Source: Alkalispirochaeta sp. (GTDB lineage: Bacteria > Spirochaetota > Spirochaetia > DSM-27196 > Alkalispirochaetaceae). From it: 64,000 bases of DNA. Positions 34,937 to 43,768 of this stretch are shown piece after piece. A program made the position numbers and the translations under genes. Positions within the stretch are counted from its first letter, which is position 1; each line of letters begins with the position of its first letter. The stretch is taken from NCBI GenBank assembly GCA_965242725.1, contig CBDESZ010000030.1, positions 1-64,000 of the forward strand. The letters run 5' to 3'. The notes under the pieces were generated by a model. That model saw only the letters and a list, made by a program, of their open reading frames with translations, made no database searches and had not been told where the DNA came from.

Positions 34937-36609
34937 TTTGATTCCTCCTCCCACGTCTTTTCCGCCCCGGCGGCAGCGCCGTCAATGGCGGCAAAATACC
35001 GCTCCATTTTCTGCCGGTCTTTCACTCCCGGTTCCGACTCCAGACCGCTTGATGCATCGACCAGTTCCGGCTGCCACCGGATGATCGCCGAAGCGATGGT
35101 GTCCGGGTTGAGCCCGCCTGCAAGCCACAGTGCTCCGTGGGGTCGGCATCGCAGCGATTCGGTCACCGCCGACAGGATCTCTTCGTCTACCGATTGCCCC
35201 GTACCTCCCGGCGCGTACGGATCATAGGCGTCGATGAGGAAGCGCGGAGTACGCAAAGCCGTTACAACGGATTCCACCGCGGCGGGATCCGAAAAACGGA
35301 CCGCTTTGTACACCGGCCAACCGTAGTGCAACGCCTCGTCGGGACGGGAGGAGCCGTGCAACTGAATCGCATCGAGAACACCTTCCCGGAGATCCCGTAC
35401 GGCGGCGCTGCAGAGCGCGGCGTTCCGTTCTCCCTTCTCGCTTTCTTGCACCGGATCCCCCCCGGTCTTGCCCTTTTCCACCACCACTCCTACGAGGGGA
35501 ATCGTCACCCCCGCTTCCCTGAGCGACGAAGCAAGCCCGTCAGGCGCCGTCCGCGGCGATGCGGCGTATATAAGCCCCAGGAGATCCGCGCCGAGCCGCT
35601 GTGCCCAAAGGGCGTCCTCGACGGAGGTAATTCCGCATATCTTGACAAGGGGCCGCCGGAGAACAGTTCCACCCGCCCCGGTCTCTCCTGCTTTTGCCGC
35701 ATATTCATCCCGACGCAGAGCGAGGGCGGTCCAGAACGGCAGCTTCCCCGCACGGTCGGTCCGTGGCGGCCTCAGGGGCGGGCTCGCGGTCGGCTCACCC
35801 TGCGGTTCCCGCGTTCCGACGCGGCGGGTCGCGGCCTCACCGATTCCTTCACTGCGACTCTCGTCTACAAGCGCTCCGACCCGTCGCGGGTCGCGGACGA
35901 CCGACTCGCCAACCAGTACCGACCGAAATCCGCCGTCCCGGGCAAGACGGATATCTTCACGATTGAAGATTCCCGACTCAAAGACCCGCACACAATCCCA
36001 GTCGATTCGGGACGCGAGGGCAAGGGGCCCCAACAGATCCACCCGAAAGGTCCGCAGATCGCGGCTGTTTATTCCTATCACCGGGGGGCGAAGGGGAGCG
36101 ACTCGGCGCAGCTCATCGTCATTGTGTATCTCCACGAGCGGTGTGATACCGAGCTCCGTCGTACGTCGGAGCATTGCCGCCAGTTGCGGAGTATCAAGCA
36201 CGCCAGCGATGAGCAGAACCGCGTCGGCGCCGGATCGCCATGATGCGACAATATCCTCTTCATCTACGAGAAAGTCTTTCCGCAATACCGCAAGATCGGG
36301 GAAGGCTTCCTTGACCGCGATCAGATCCGCCAGCGAACCGCCGAAGTACTCCTCCTCCGTCAACACGCTGACCGCTTGTGCGCCGGCGTCCCTGTATCGG
36401 CGCGCCCGCTCCACCGGGTCAAGGCCGCCGTCGAGCTCGCCCCTCGAGGGACTGCGCCGTTTTATCTCGCAAATCACTGGCCCGGGAAAGGGAATAACCG
36501 GAACGTCTCCTCTCGTCGCGGGCAGATCAATACCCTGGGTGTGACCGCCGGCGGCGGCGATTCGCTTCCTCCGCGCATCGACGATACGGGTCAGAATATC
36601 GCCCTTCAC
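34933..36609 (-). CDS. trpCF: Fused indole-3-glycerol-phosphate synthase / phosphoribosylanthranilate isomerase
   Basis: EIKRRSPSRG, LRKDF, GINSRDL, ESGI; then VKICGIT, IQLHG, GGTG, LAGGL, DASSGLE. Confidence 0.93.
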   Translation of the reverse strand: MKGDILTRIVDARRKRIAAAGGHTQGIDLPATRGDVPVIPFPGPVICEIKRRSPSRGELDGGLDPVERARRYRDAGAQAVSVLTEEEYFGGSLADLIAVKEAFPDLAVLRKDFLVDEEDIVASWRSGADAVLLIAGVLDTPQLAAMLRRTTELGITPLVEIHNDDELRRVAPLRPPVIGINSRDLRTFRVDLLGPLALASRIDWDCVRVFESGIFNREDIRLARDGGFRSVLVGESVVRDPRRVGALVDESRSEGIGEAATRRVGTREPQGEPTASPPLRPPRTDRAGKLPFWTALALRRDEYAAKAGETGAGGTVLRRPLVKICGITSVEDALWAQRLGADLLGLIYAASPRTAPDGLASSLREAGVTIPLVGVVVEKGKTGGDPVQESEKGERNAALCSAAVRDLREGVLDAIQLHGSSRPDEALHYGWPVYKAVRFSDPAAVESVVTALRTPRFLIDAYDPYAPGGTGQSVDEEILSAVTESLRCRPHGALWLAGGLNPDTIASAIIRWQPELVDASSGLESEPGVKDRQKMERYFAAIDGAAAGAEKTWEEESK

Positions 36610-38273
36610 GATTCCGACCTGCGATGTGTTACGGCAATAACCTTCTCCAGCGTTGCCATAACGTTACCCGATTCCAGCGCCTGCCGCGCCTCGGCGACGC
36701 CGGCAGTAATGGTCTCGGCGATACCATAGAGGTGGAGCGCAGCTCCTGCATTCAGCACCACGGCGTCATGGAGGGCCGCCAGCACGGGATTGACGATCCC
36801 GTCCGACCCATACCCGTTATCCCCGGAGAGGAGCTGCAACGCCACCTCCGCATTCTCCTCTGCATTTCCGCCAACGAGGGATTCCGACGGATGCGTGTGA
36901 AGACCATAATTCTCCGGTCCAAGGACAAACTCATCAAAAGACGCGGTCTCCGGGCCCGGCTCCTGACCTGAAACGCCCGCCTCAAAAAGAATGATCCGTG
37001 TCGGCGCGCATACGCTGATTTCATCCTGGCCGTCCAGACCGTGAACGACCATGCCCCGCTGTATTCCCAGGCGGATCGCCGCCTCCGCGACGGGTCGCAT
37101 GAACTCCTCCGCAAAGACGCCGATCAGCTGGAACTCCGCCCGGGCGGGATTCACAAGCGGACCAAGGAGATTCATGATCGTCTTGATGCCGAGCTCCCGA
37201 CGGGCGGGACCGGCAAATCGCATCGCCCCGTGGTAGAGGGGCGCGAAGAGAAAGGCGAATCCCGCCTCGTCTATGGACTCGGCGGCGCGTTGGGGCGTGA
37301 TATCGATGTTGATACCCAGAGCTTTATAAAAATCGGCACTGCCGCTTCGGGAACTTACGGCGCGGTTACCATGCTTGGCCACCCTGGCGCCGCAGCTGGC
37401 CGCTACCAGCGCCGTCAGAGAACTGATATTGAACGTCCCCAGGCCGTCTCCGCCGGTGCCGCAGGTATCCAGAAGCGGTCCCGCCACTTCAAGGGGTGTC
37501 CGCTTTCTCTGCAGCACCTGGGCGCATCCGGCAATTTCCTCCGCCGTGATCCCCTTGGCGTTCAGGGCGACGAGAAAACCGGCGATCTGGGCGTCGGTCA
37601 GGTTGCCGTCGGTCAGCTCCTCCATGAACTCCGACGCCTCAGCCTGGGCCATATCATTCCCGCCGATGATGTTCTGGAGGTAAAAGCGCGGTTCAAAGGG
37701 CTCCCGCCGATAGTTGAGAAAATTCGCCAGCAGTTTCTTTCCGTCGCCACTCGCAACTGATTCAGGATGAAACTGAACGCCCTCCACCACAAACTCCCGG
37801 TGGCGCAATCCCATGATTTCGCCGTCCTCGCTGCGGGCGCTCACTTCGAGCACCTCCGGAAGGCTTTCCTCCTCCACCGCGAGGGAGTGGTACCTCACAA
37901 ACTCTGCGGGCGAATTGATCGCCCGGAAAACACCACGACCGTCCACCTTCATGCGGTCCATCTTCCCATGGACGATACGGCGCGCCTTCACCACGACACC
38001 GCCGAAGGCTTCGCCTATCGCCTGATGGCCGAGACAGACGCCCAGGATGGGAATCTTCCCTGCAAACCGTTGTATCGCTTCGACCGAGATTCCCGCGTCG
38101 GCGGGACGTCCCGGTCCCGGAGAAATGATCAGCCGGCTCGGTCGCAGCTTCTCAAGATCGTCTACGGAAAGCCGGTCGTTCCTGACTACCCGCACCGGCT
38201 CCGTCGTCAGTTCGGATACATACTGATAGAGGTTGTGGGTAAATGAATCGTAGTTATCGATAAGGACAATCAT
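36606..38273 (-). CDS. trpGD: Fused anthranilate synthase component II / anthranilate phosphoribosyltransferase
   Basis: IDNYDSF, SPGPG, GVCLGHQ, QFHPES; DTCGTGGD, KHGNR. Confidence 0.95.
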   Translation of the reverse strand: MIVLIDNYDSFTHNLYQYVSELTTEPVRVVRNDRLSVDDLEKLRPSRLIISPGPGRPADAGISVEAIQRFAGKIPILGVCLGHQAIGEAFGGVVVKARRIVHGKMDRMKVDGRGVFRAINSPAEFVRYHSLAVEEESLPEVLEVSARSEDGEIMGLRHREFVVEGVQFHPESVASGDGKKLLANFLNYRREPFEPRFYLQNIIGGNDMAQAEASEFMEELTDGNLTDAQIAGFLVALNAKGITAEEIAGCAQVLQRKRTPLEVAGPLLDTCGTGGDGLGTFNISSLTALVAASCGARVAKHGNRAVSSRSGSADFYKALGINIDITPQRAAESIDEAGFAFLFAPLYHGAMRFAGPARRELGIKTIMNLLGPLVNPARAEFQLIGVFAEEFMRPVAEAAIRLGIQRGMVVHGLDGQDEISVCAPTRIILFEAGVSGQEPGPETASFDEFVLGPENYGLHTHPSESLVGGNAEENAEVALQLLSGDNGYGSDGIVNPVLAALHDAVVLNAGAALHLYGIAETITAGVAEARQALESGNVMATLEKVIAVTHRRSES

Positions 38274-39676
38274 GCTTCCGCCTCCAGTCCGACGGCGCGC
38301 ATCAGCGCCGCAAGTTTCTCATTTGTTTCCACAAACTCCCGCTCCGGCGTCGAGTCGTAGACAATACCGGCACCTGCCTGCAGAAAGAGAGAATCCTCCA
38401 TCTTCAGACCGGCACGAATGGTGATACAACTGTCCATATTGCCGTCGGGCTCGAAGTACGCAACCACTCCCGCATAGAACCCTCGCCGCACCGGTTCTAT
38501 GGAGTCGATCGTCTCGATTGCGCGAATCTTGGGCGCTCCCGAGACGGTACCGGCAGGAAAGGTTGCACGCAGTGCGTCTATTCCCCGTTTTCCCGGGGCA
38601 AGTTCGCCGTCCACCTGACTGACGATATGCATCACCCGGGAATAGCGCTCCACCGCATGATAATGGGAGAGACGGACCGAACCGGGCTTGCACACCCGCC
38701 CGAGATCGTTCCGGGAGAGGTCGACGAGCATGAGGTGTTCCGCAAGCTCCTTTTCATCATCAAGGAGTTCTTTTTCCAGCGCCCGGTCCTCCTCCTCGGA
38801 CGCGCCCCGGCGCCGTGTACCGGCAATGGGACGCATGGTGGCAACACCGTTCTTTACCCGAACATGCATTTCCGGGGAAGCGGCAAAGAGCTGATACCGG
38901 CCGAAGTCCAGGTAGACCAGGTACGGCGCGGGATTTGAAGAGCGCAGCCGCCGGTACGCCTCAAGCGCGGTCATGGCGGTCTTCACCTCACGTCGCCGGG
39001 AAAGGACTCCCTGCAGAAGATTGCCTTCGACAATCTCCTCTTTCACCGTCTCCACTCCTCTCTCAAAGCGGGAACGGTCCTCGGGGTCCTCCACCACCGC
39101 AGCGCCATGGTTCTCGCCGTCGTGCTGCATGTAATTGAAATTCAGGTCGTGAATGGCCGCCTCGGTCTCCCGGAGCGCCGACTCGAGATCGATTGAACGT
39201 TCCGCATAGTTCAAACCGATGAGGTACAGGAGATCGCTGTAGTGGTCAAATACGACAAGGACATGTCCAAAGAGGAAGACACCGTCGGGAAGACCGAGGG
39301 GGTCTTCGCGGTCGGAAAAATGAATCGTATCGCAGTACCGGGAGAACTCGTAGGAGAGGAAACCGATCCCTCCGGCGGGAAAGGGAAAATCCTGCCGCGG
39401 CGGGGCGTGCTGGTCCGCAAAGTAGGCCAGAATATCAAGGATATCCCGGGCTTTGCTTTTGATCCGCACCTTCTTTTCGCCGTCATCAAAGAAAATCCGC
39501 CCTCCCTCCTGAGAGACACGGAACGCCTCCCGCACCATGAGCAGGGAGTAGCGCGCCCGCCCGCCTTCAAAGGTTGCCGACTCCAGCATCGCCCGTGCGG
39601 AGAGTTTCCGGGCCAGCGCGTACGGCGTAAAGCGCTCGCCTGAAAGTACCTTGATCACCTGATTTCCCTCGCTCAT
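38270..39676 (-). CDS. trpE: Anthranilate synthase component I
   Basis: MLES...RYS, NPAPY, SPE, PIAGTR, KELAEHLMLVDL, PAGTVSGAPK, AGAGIV. Confidence 0.95.
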   Translation of the reverse strand: MSEGNQVIKVLSGERFTPYALARKLSARAMLESATFEGGRARYSLLMVREAFRVSQEGGRIFFDDGEKKVRIKSKARDILDILAYFADQHAPPRQDFPFPAGGIGFLSYEFSRYCDTIHFSDREDPLGLPDGVFLFGHVLVVFDHYSDLLYLIGLNYAERSIDLESALRETEAAIHDLNFNYMQHDGENHGAAVVEDPEDRSRFERGVETVKEEIVEGNLLQGVLSRRREVKTAMTALEAYRRLRSSNPAPYLVYLDFGRYQLFAASPEMHVRVKNGVATMRPIAGTRRRGASEEEDRALEKELLDDEKELAEHLMLVDLSRNDLGRVCKPGSVRLSHYHAVERYSRVMHIVSQVDGELAPGKRGIDALRATFPAGTVSGAPKIRAIETIDSIEPVRRGFYAGVVAYFEPDGNMDSCITIRAGLKMEDSLFLQAGAGIVYDSTPEREFVETNEKLAALMRAVGLEAEA

Positions 39677-39721
39677 CGCTCCTCCTTTTCAATTTGCCGC
39701 TGCCGTCTTATTTCGGGACAC

Positions 39722-39748
39722 AAAAAAAGCCGCGTATAGACGCGGCTT
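39722..39748 (-). terminator. Second attenuator terminator (segments 5:6)
   Basis: Minus strand AAGCCGCG-TCTATA-CGCGGCTT followed by a T-run. Confidence 0.8.
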
Positions 39749-39751
39749 CTC

Positions 39752-39793
39752 AAAAAAAAAGTGCCGCGAACCGAAAACCTCGGTCCGCAGCAC
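39752..39793 (-). terminator. First attenuator terminator (segments 3:4)
   Basis: Minus strand GTGCTGCGGACCGA-loop-TCGGTTCGCGGCAC followed by T9. Confidence 0.85.
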
Positions 39794-39817
39794 CTCATAC
39801 GACGGATGCGGACCGTG

Positions 39818-39892
39818 TCACACGGTCCACCACCACTGCTGATTCAACATTCGAGAATAGAATCCATGTGCGCGTAGCTTTGCTCCCCGCAT
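39818..39892 (-). CDS. trpL: trp leader peptide MRGAKLRAHGFYSRMLNQQWWWTV (alternative internal ATG at 39850)
   Basis: Three consecutive TGG codons (39835-39827) directly preceding attenuator hairpins upstream of trpE. Confidence 0.88.
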   Translation of the reverse strand: MRGAKLRAHGFYSRMLNQQWWWTV

Positions 39893-39899
39893 TCCGTAA

Positions 39900-39929
39900 A
39901 CTATAGCGCGAATGTCATATTATCGTCAA
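39900..39929 (-). promoter_or_regulatory. trp operon promoter
   Basis: TTGACG-18 nt-TATAGT; the -10 ends 7 nt before the trpL ATG. Confidence 0.75.
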
Positions 39930-39943
39930 GAATTCTCGATCAA

Positions 39944-40510
39944 CTAAATGACCGATAACTCTTCAAGGGCATCGATTTTCCGGGCGTCGCCGGTCGACGG
40001 TTTGCCGCTCATTCTTTTCCCCGCCGGTCCGGCGCCGGAAGATGTGCCGCCGGTGGATCCAACTGCGCCTTCTGCAACAGCCGTCTCTTCCGTAACGACG
40101 GCGCTCTCAAGGCTCTCCGACGCTCCCTCCTCAAGATCATACTCGTCACGTTCCACATCCTCGGGATCGACGAGCTCCTTCTTCCGCATCGGCCGAAACT
40201 CAACATGTTCCGCCACAATCTTCACCCGGGAACGCGGCCGTCCCTCACCGTCCTTCCACCGGTCCTGTTTCAGCCGTCCCACAACACGCACGCCCCGTCC
40301 CTTCCTGAGGAACTCAGCGCAATTCTCACCCAGCTTGCTCCACACTTCCACGTCAAAAAATGACGTCTCCTTGTGCTGATCTTCATCTTTCCGGTACAGA
40401 TGGTGGCTGCCCATTGAAAAATTGCACACCGACGTCCCCTGGGGCGTCGTCGTCAGCACGGGATCGCGGGTGAGGTTTCCCTCCATCAGAATCGAGTTCA
40501 GATCGTTCAT
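39944..40510 (-). CDS. ssb: Single-stranded DNA-binding protein (paralog lacking the C-terminal DIPF tip)
   Basis: GNLTRDP, FFDVEVW..LGENC..LRKG..VRVVGRLKQDRW; AGGAGG SD. Confidence 0.9.
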   Translation of the reverse strand: MNDLNSILMEGNLTRDPVLTTTPQGTSVCNFSMGSHHLYRKDEDQHKETSFFDVEVWSKLGENCAEFLRKGRGVRVVGRLKQDRWKDGEGRPRSRVKIVAEHVEFRPMRKKELVDPEDVERDEYDLEEGASESLESAVVTEETAVAEGAVGSTGGTSSGAGPAGKRMSGKPSTGDARKIDALEELSVI

Positions 40511-40734
40511 ACGACCCTCCTGAAATTGGTTTACCTAACCCACGTCGGCGCCGGCAATATCGCTTGAAATATCGCCATATTTCAGGATTTTTTATGTTGA
40601 ACCGAAGGTCACCGCGGTCCCTTCCCCCTCCGCCGTCAGGCGCAAACATTACAAATGTGTAATCCCCGCCGCCCCGGTTTTCTTTGAAATTATCGTCCCT
40701 CCGTGGTAGCGTAAGCGCCTTACGGAGGTAATGA

Positions 40735-41628
40735 ATGATATCGAAACCAAAACCAGTGCAGAAACCGCTCCATGTCGTCATCATGGGAGCGACGCTCCTT
40801 CTCGCCGGTCTTATCGCCCTTCCCGCCGGCGGCCGACAGGAAAGGACGCCGCCGTCCCGACAGACCCGTGAGAGTGGTGATTCGACACGCATCGAAATCC
40901 AGCAGACGTCGAATCAAAACGCACCGACGACGCCACAACAGCAACCCGCCGAAGAGAAGGAACCCTCCCGACAGCAGAATTCGGAAAACACCGTCCCCAT
41001 CAACCGGCCTGCATGGCTGGTGACGGTCCACCGGTCCACGCAGAACATGCAGCAGGAGATTTCCAAGACCATTGACACTGGTTATATTCCCGTCGGCATG
41101 GAAGTGGATGTGGACGGCTCTTTTACGGTTCTGTACACAATTGCCGCGGAAATGGTGCCGGAACGCTGGATGATTGAAACGTATCAACCTGACGAGGTCA
41201 ATGAGGAACTGACGACCCGGCTGCTTGAAGGGTGGAATCCCCTCGGGTTTTCCGTACTGAACGATCAGATCGGGGTAATGTACGGCTCCGGTGCATCGGA
41301 GATTTCGGCGTGGCGTATTCATGAGACGAAACTTAATGAAGAGGAACTTCTCGCCACGATCCGGAGCTATAAAAATGACGGCTATTCCCTCGTGGATATC
41401 AGCATAGACCCCGAGGATGAAGTCTTGTGGTACCTCTTTGTGCAGCAGGAAGGCCGCCCGAGTGGACGCAATTCCCGGTTATTTCTCAACGCCTACCCCA
41501 AGGGAGAGAATACAATCGCCGGAATTTCAACGGATTACACCGCCGGCAGAGGAATGCCATATGGGATTGCCATCGGCGACGCCGTGAGTCTCGTACCATT
41601 TATCACTCCCGTTACTGAAAAAGAATAG
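40735..41628 (+). CDS. Hypothetical exported protein with four short internal repeats
   Basis: GGAGG SD, N-terminal hydrophobic helix, Q/P/T linker, repeats centred on GYIPVG, GWNPLG, GYSLVD, GMPYG. Confidence 0.75.
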   Translation: MISKPKPVQKPLHVVIMGATLLLAGLIALPAGGRQERTPPSRQTRESGDSTRIEIQQTSNQNAPTTPQQQPAEEKEPSRQQNSENTVPINRPAWLVTVHRSTQNMQQEISKTIDTGYIPVGMEVDVDGSFTVLYTIAAEMVPERWMIETYQPDEVNEELTTRLLEGWNPLGFSVLNDQIGVMYGSGASEISAWRIHETKLNEEELLATIRSYKNDGYSLVDISIDPEDEVLWYLFVQQEGRPSGRNSRLFLNAYPKGENTIAGISTDYTAGRGMPYGIAIGDAVSLVPFITPVTEKE

Positions 41629-41968
41629 TCTCATACGTTAAACAGAGGGGGCTTGCCAAGCCCCCTGCTTCAAAATCCCGCCTTATGCACGACACGACAT
41701 ATCCGTCGTCGGCCCGCTAATCGTTGATCTATCGACCTGCCGGACAATTATGACGGACAGGTGTCTCGGTGAACATGTAAAACAAGACCGTACTCATTTT
41801 GGTTGGGTCGGAGTTTGACCCGCCGAAGCTTCCATGTCCATGCACGTACACTCTCCCGGCAATCTGTTCAGTACACCTCTATACCGGGTCTGAATCGCAG
41901 TCGCTACCCGCGACGACCCGGGCAAATCAACGCTTGTATTGAGACATATGAACCTGGACAAAGTGCAT

Positions 41969-41995
41969 AAAAAAAGAGCGGCCCGAAGGCCGCTC
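41969..41995 (-). terminator. Intrinsic terminator of the msp-like gene
   Basis: Minus strand GAGCGGCC-TTCG-GGCCGCTC-T7. Confidence 0.9.
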
Positions 41996-42017
41996 CCGGA
42001 ATCAAATACCGTGTGAA

Positions 42018-43544
42018 TTAGTATTCGATCTTGGTGGCAAAGGTAAGCGTACCCATTTTACCGGTTACGTTATCAAGTGCCGTGTCGTAGTAGGCGCCCG
42101 CACCGTAGGTGAGGCCGTCATACAGACCGTTTCCGTCGCCAACCACGGTGTCGTCGTCGGAGAGGAGAAGGTTACCACTGGAGTACTCAACGGTGAAGGT
42201 CGTTGCCGAGATCACGTTGATGTCCACACCAAGGTTCAGACCGAGACCGACTTCGTCGTCAGTCGCGTTCACATCGTCCAGGTCGGAGTTTGCCCACATC
42301 AGACCGAAGAAGGGAGAAACCACGCCAAGGTCGGCATCCAGCTCAACGAGGAAACCGAGTTTGTTCAGCGCATCACCTTCTACGTCATCGACCGTGGAGG
42401 TCATGGTGGAGTACTCAACCAGTGCGATAGCTCCAACTACGGGAAGGAGTCCGTCGTCGCCACCGGCTTCGAGGAACGCCGCGCGGAAGAACATGTAGTT
42501 GTCAAAGGTAGCCGTGTCGTTTGTGGCGTGATAGTCGTTACCGAGACCGAACTCTACACCAACACCCTGCTGGGATTCATCGGATGCTTCAGCAAGAACT
42601 TCCTGGTCGGCATCGCCCCAGACAGCCTTTGCACCGGCAATGACTTCCCAGTCCATCGCGCCTTCGCGACCGGAAGTGGAGTCGTCGGCTTCACCGGCAG
42701 CTGCGTCGTTGAAGAGGTCAAATCCGAGGTAGGGGATGAGGGTGATCATATCGTCGAGAGGCATTTCGTACTCAAAGCCAAGACCGACGAAAGCGTTGTC
42801 GCCGAAATCACCGGCCGCTTCGGAACCGTTGTATCCGTCGCCATCAACATCACCGTCGGTGATATGGGTCCGCAGGGGAGAAGACAGGTCAACGGAAATC
42901 GTCAGCATGTCAATGGTGGTTTCCGTGAAGATCGCACCTTTGTAGTTGTTGTAGAGGTTGTCCGACCAGTCATCGGCAGTACCACCGGCGGCGGCGCTGT
43001 CGCTGGCAATAACCAGTTCAATGTTGAAAAGATCGGGGATGTCGTATCCGACTGCCACGCTCGTTCCGTCATCGGTGCCCGCAACGTTACCGGCGAGGCC
43101 GAAGATGGATTCCTCAAGGTTGAGGGAAACCGCAGCCTGATCGACGTCGTTGTCAGCGGTTGCCACGACGATGTATGCGGGACCCATGAAGACCTTGGCG
43201 GTGATGTCACCGTTGGTTCCGCCCAGAGCCGGTGCGGTACCTTCGGCGCCGTCGGCTGCAATGGTTACTTCGAAATCTTCGATTTCGATGTATCCGTAGG
43301 TGTCGCCTTCACCGAATTCAGTCGTCTGCTCTTCAATAAGGGTGATATTGAGATCGATGTTGTGGTCAAGCTGGAAACCACTGGTGGGGCCTTTAACCTG
43401 CTGACCGGCATTTGACACGCCGTCCAGGTTTACCCCGAAGGTAGCCGTTGCTTCTGCTTCCAGTTCGTACTCGACCTGGACCTGTGCGAAGACCATGGAG
43501 CTGACCATGAGCATCGCGAGTAGTAGGAGAGAAAGTTTTCTCAT
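42018..43544 (-). CDS. Major outer sheath protein (Msp/Tpr-like beta-barrel porin)
   Basis: Signal VFA-Q, A.ATFGVNLD...GF, YGYIEI, acidic loops, C-terminal beta-signal GTLTFATKIEY; GAGGAGG SD. Confidence 0.75.
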   Translation of the reverse strand: MRKLSLLLLAMLMVSSMVFAQVQVEYELEAEATATFGVNLDGVSNAGQQVKGPTSGFQLDHNIDLNITLIEEQTTEFGEGDTYGYIEIEDFEVTIAADGAEGTAPALGGTNGDITAKVFMGPAYIVVATADNDVDQAAVSLNLEESIFGLAGNVAGTDDGTSVAVGYDIPDLFNIELVIASDSAAAGGTADDWSDNLYNNYKGAIFTETTIDMLTISVDLSSPLRTHITDGDVDGDGYNGSEAAGDFGDNAFVGLGFEYEMPLDDMITLIPYLGFDLFNDAAAGEADDSTSGREGAMDWEVIAGAKAVWGDADQEVLAEASDESQQGVGVEFGLGNDYHATNDTATFDNYMFFRAAFLEAGGDDGLLPVVGAIALVEYSTMTSTVDDVEGDALNKLGFLVELDADLGVVSPFFGLMWANSDLDDVNATDDEVGLGLNLGVDINVISATTFTVEYSSGNLLLSDDDTVVGDGNGLYDGLTYGAGAYYDTALDNVTGKMGTLTFATKIEY

Positions 43545-43619
43545 TATGGATTCCTCCTCGAATGTGTCGGGGCTCAGGTCAACGACCCGGTTACACCCCT
43601 GATCTTAGGATTCTACGGT

Positions 43620-43648
43620 AGTATAGCAACCGCAAATTTCGCTGTCAA
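43620..43648 (-). promoter_or_regulatory. Near-consensus sigma70 promoter of the msp-like gene
   Basis: TTGACA-17 nt-(TGc)TATACT. Confidence 0.85.
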
Positions 43649-43768
43649 GAAATATTGTGACGCTATATCACCGTTATTTCGGTTTCTGACCGGTAAAACA
43701 GAGAATATATGAAAAGGTTACACTGTAAGTTTCTCGTTATATGTTGGTTTTTGGGTTATTCTTAAGGA

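Noticed and set aside
41641..41682. Group II intron or IS200/IS605 end at the GGGGGCTT hairpin
   Set aside because: No domain V motif and no tnpA/tnpB/RT remnant nearby; it may simply terminate the upstream gene.
43577..43588. GGTCAACGACCC shared between the msp leader and the rRNA spacer (23117-23128)
   Set aside because: A 12-mer mini-hairpin match is plausible by chance in 64 kb; the flanks are unrelated.
43655..43672. TTGTGA-cgctata-TCACC as a CRP/Rex site upstream of msp
   Set aside because: Half-site spacing is 7 rather than 6 and the right half is imperfect.
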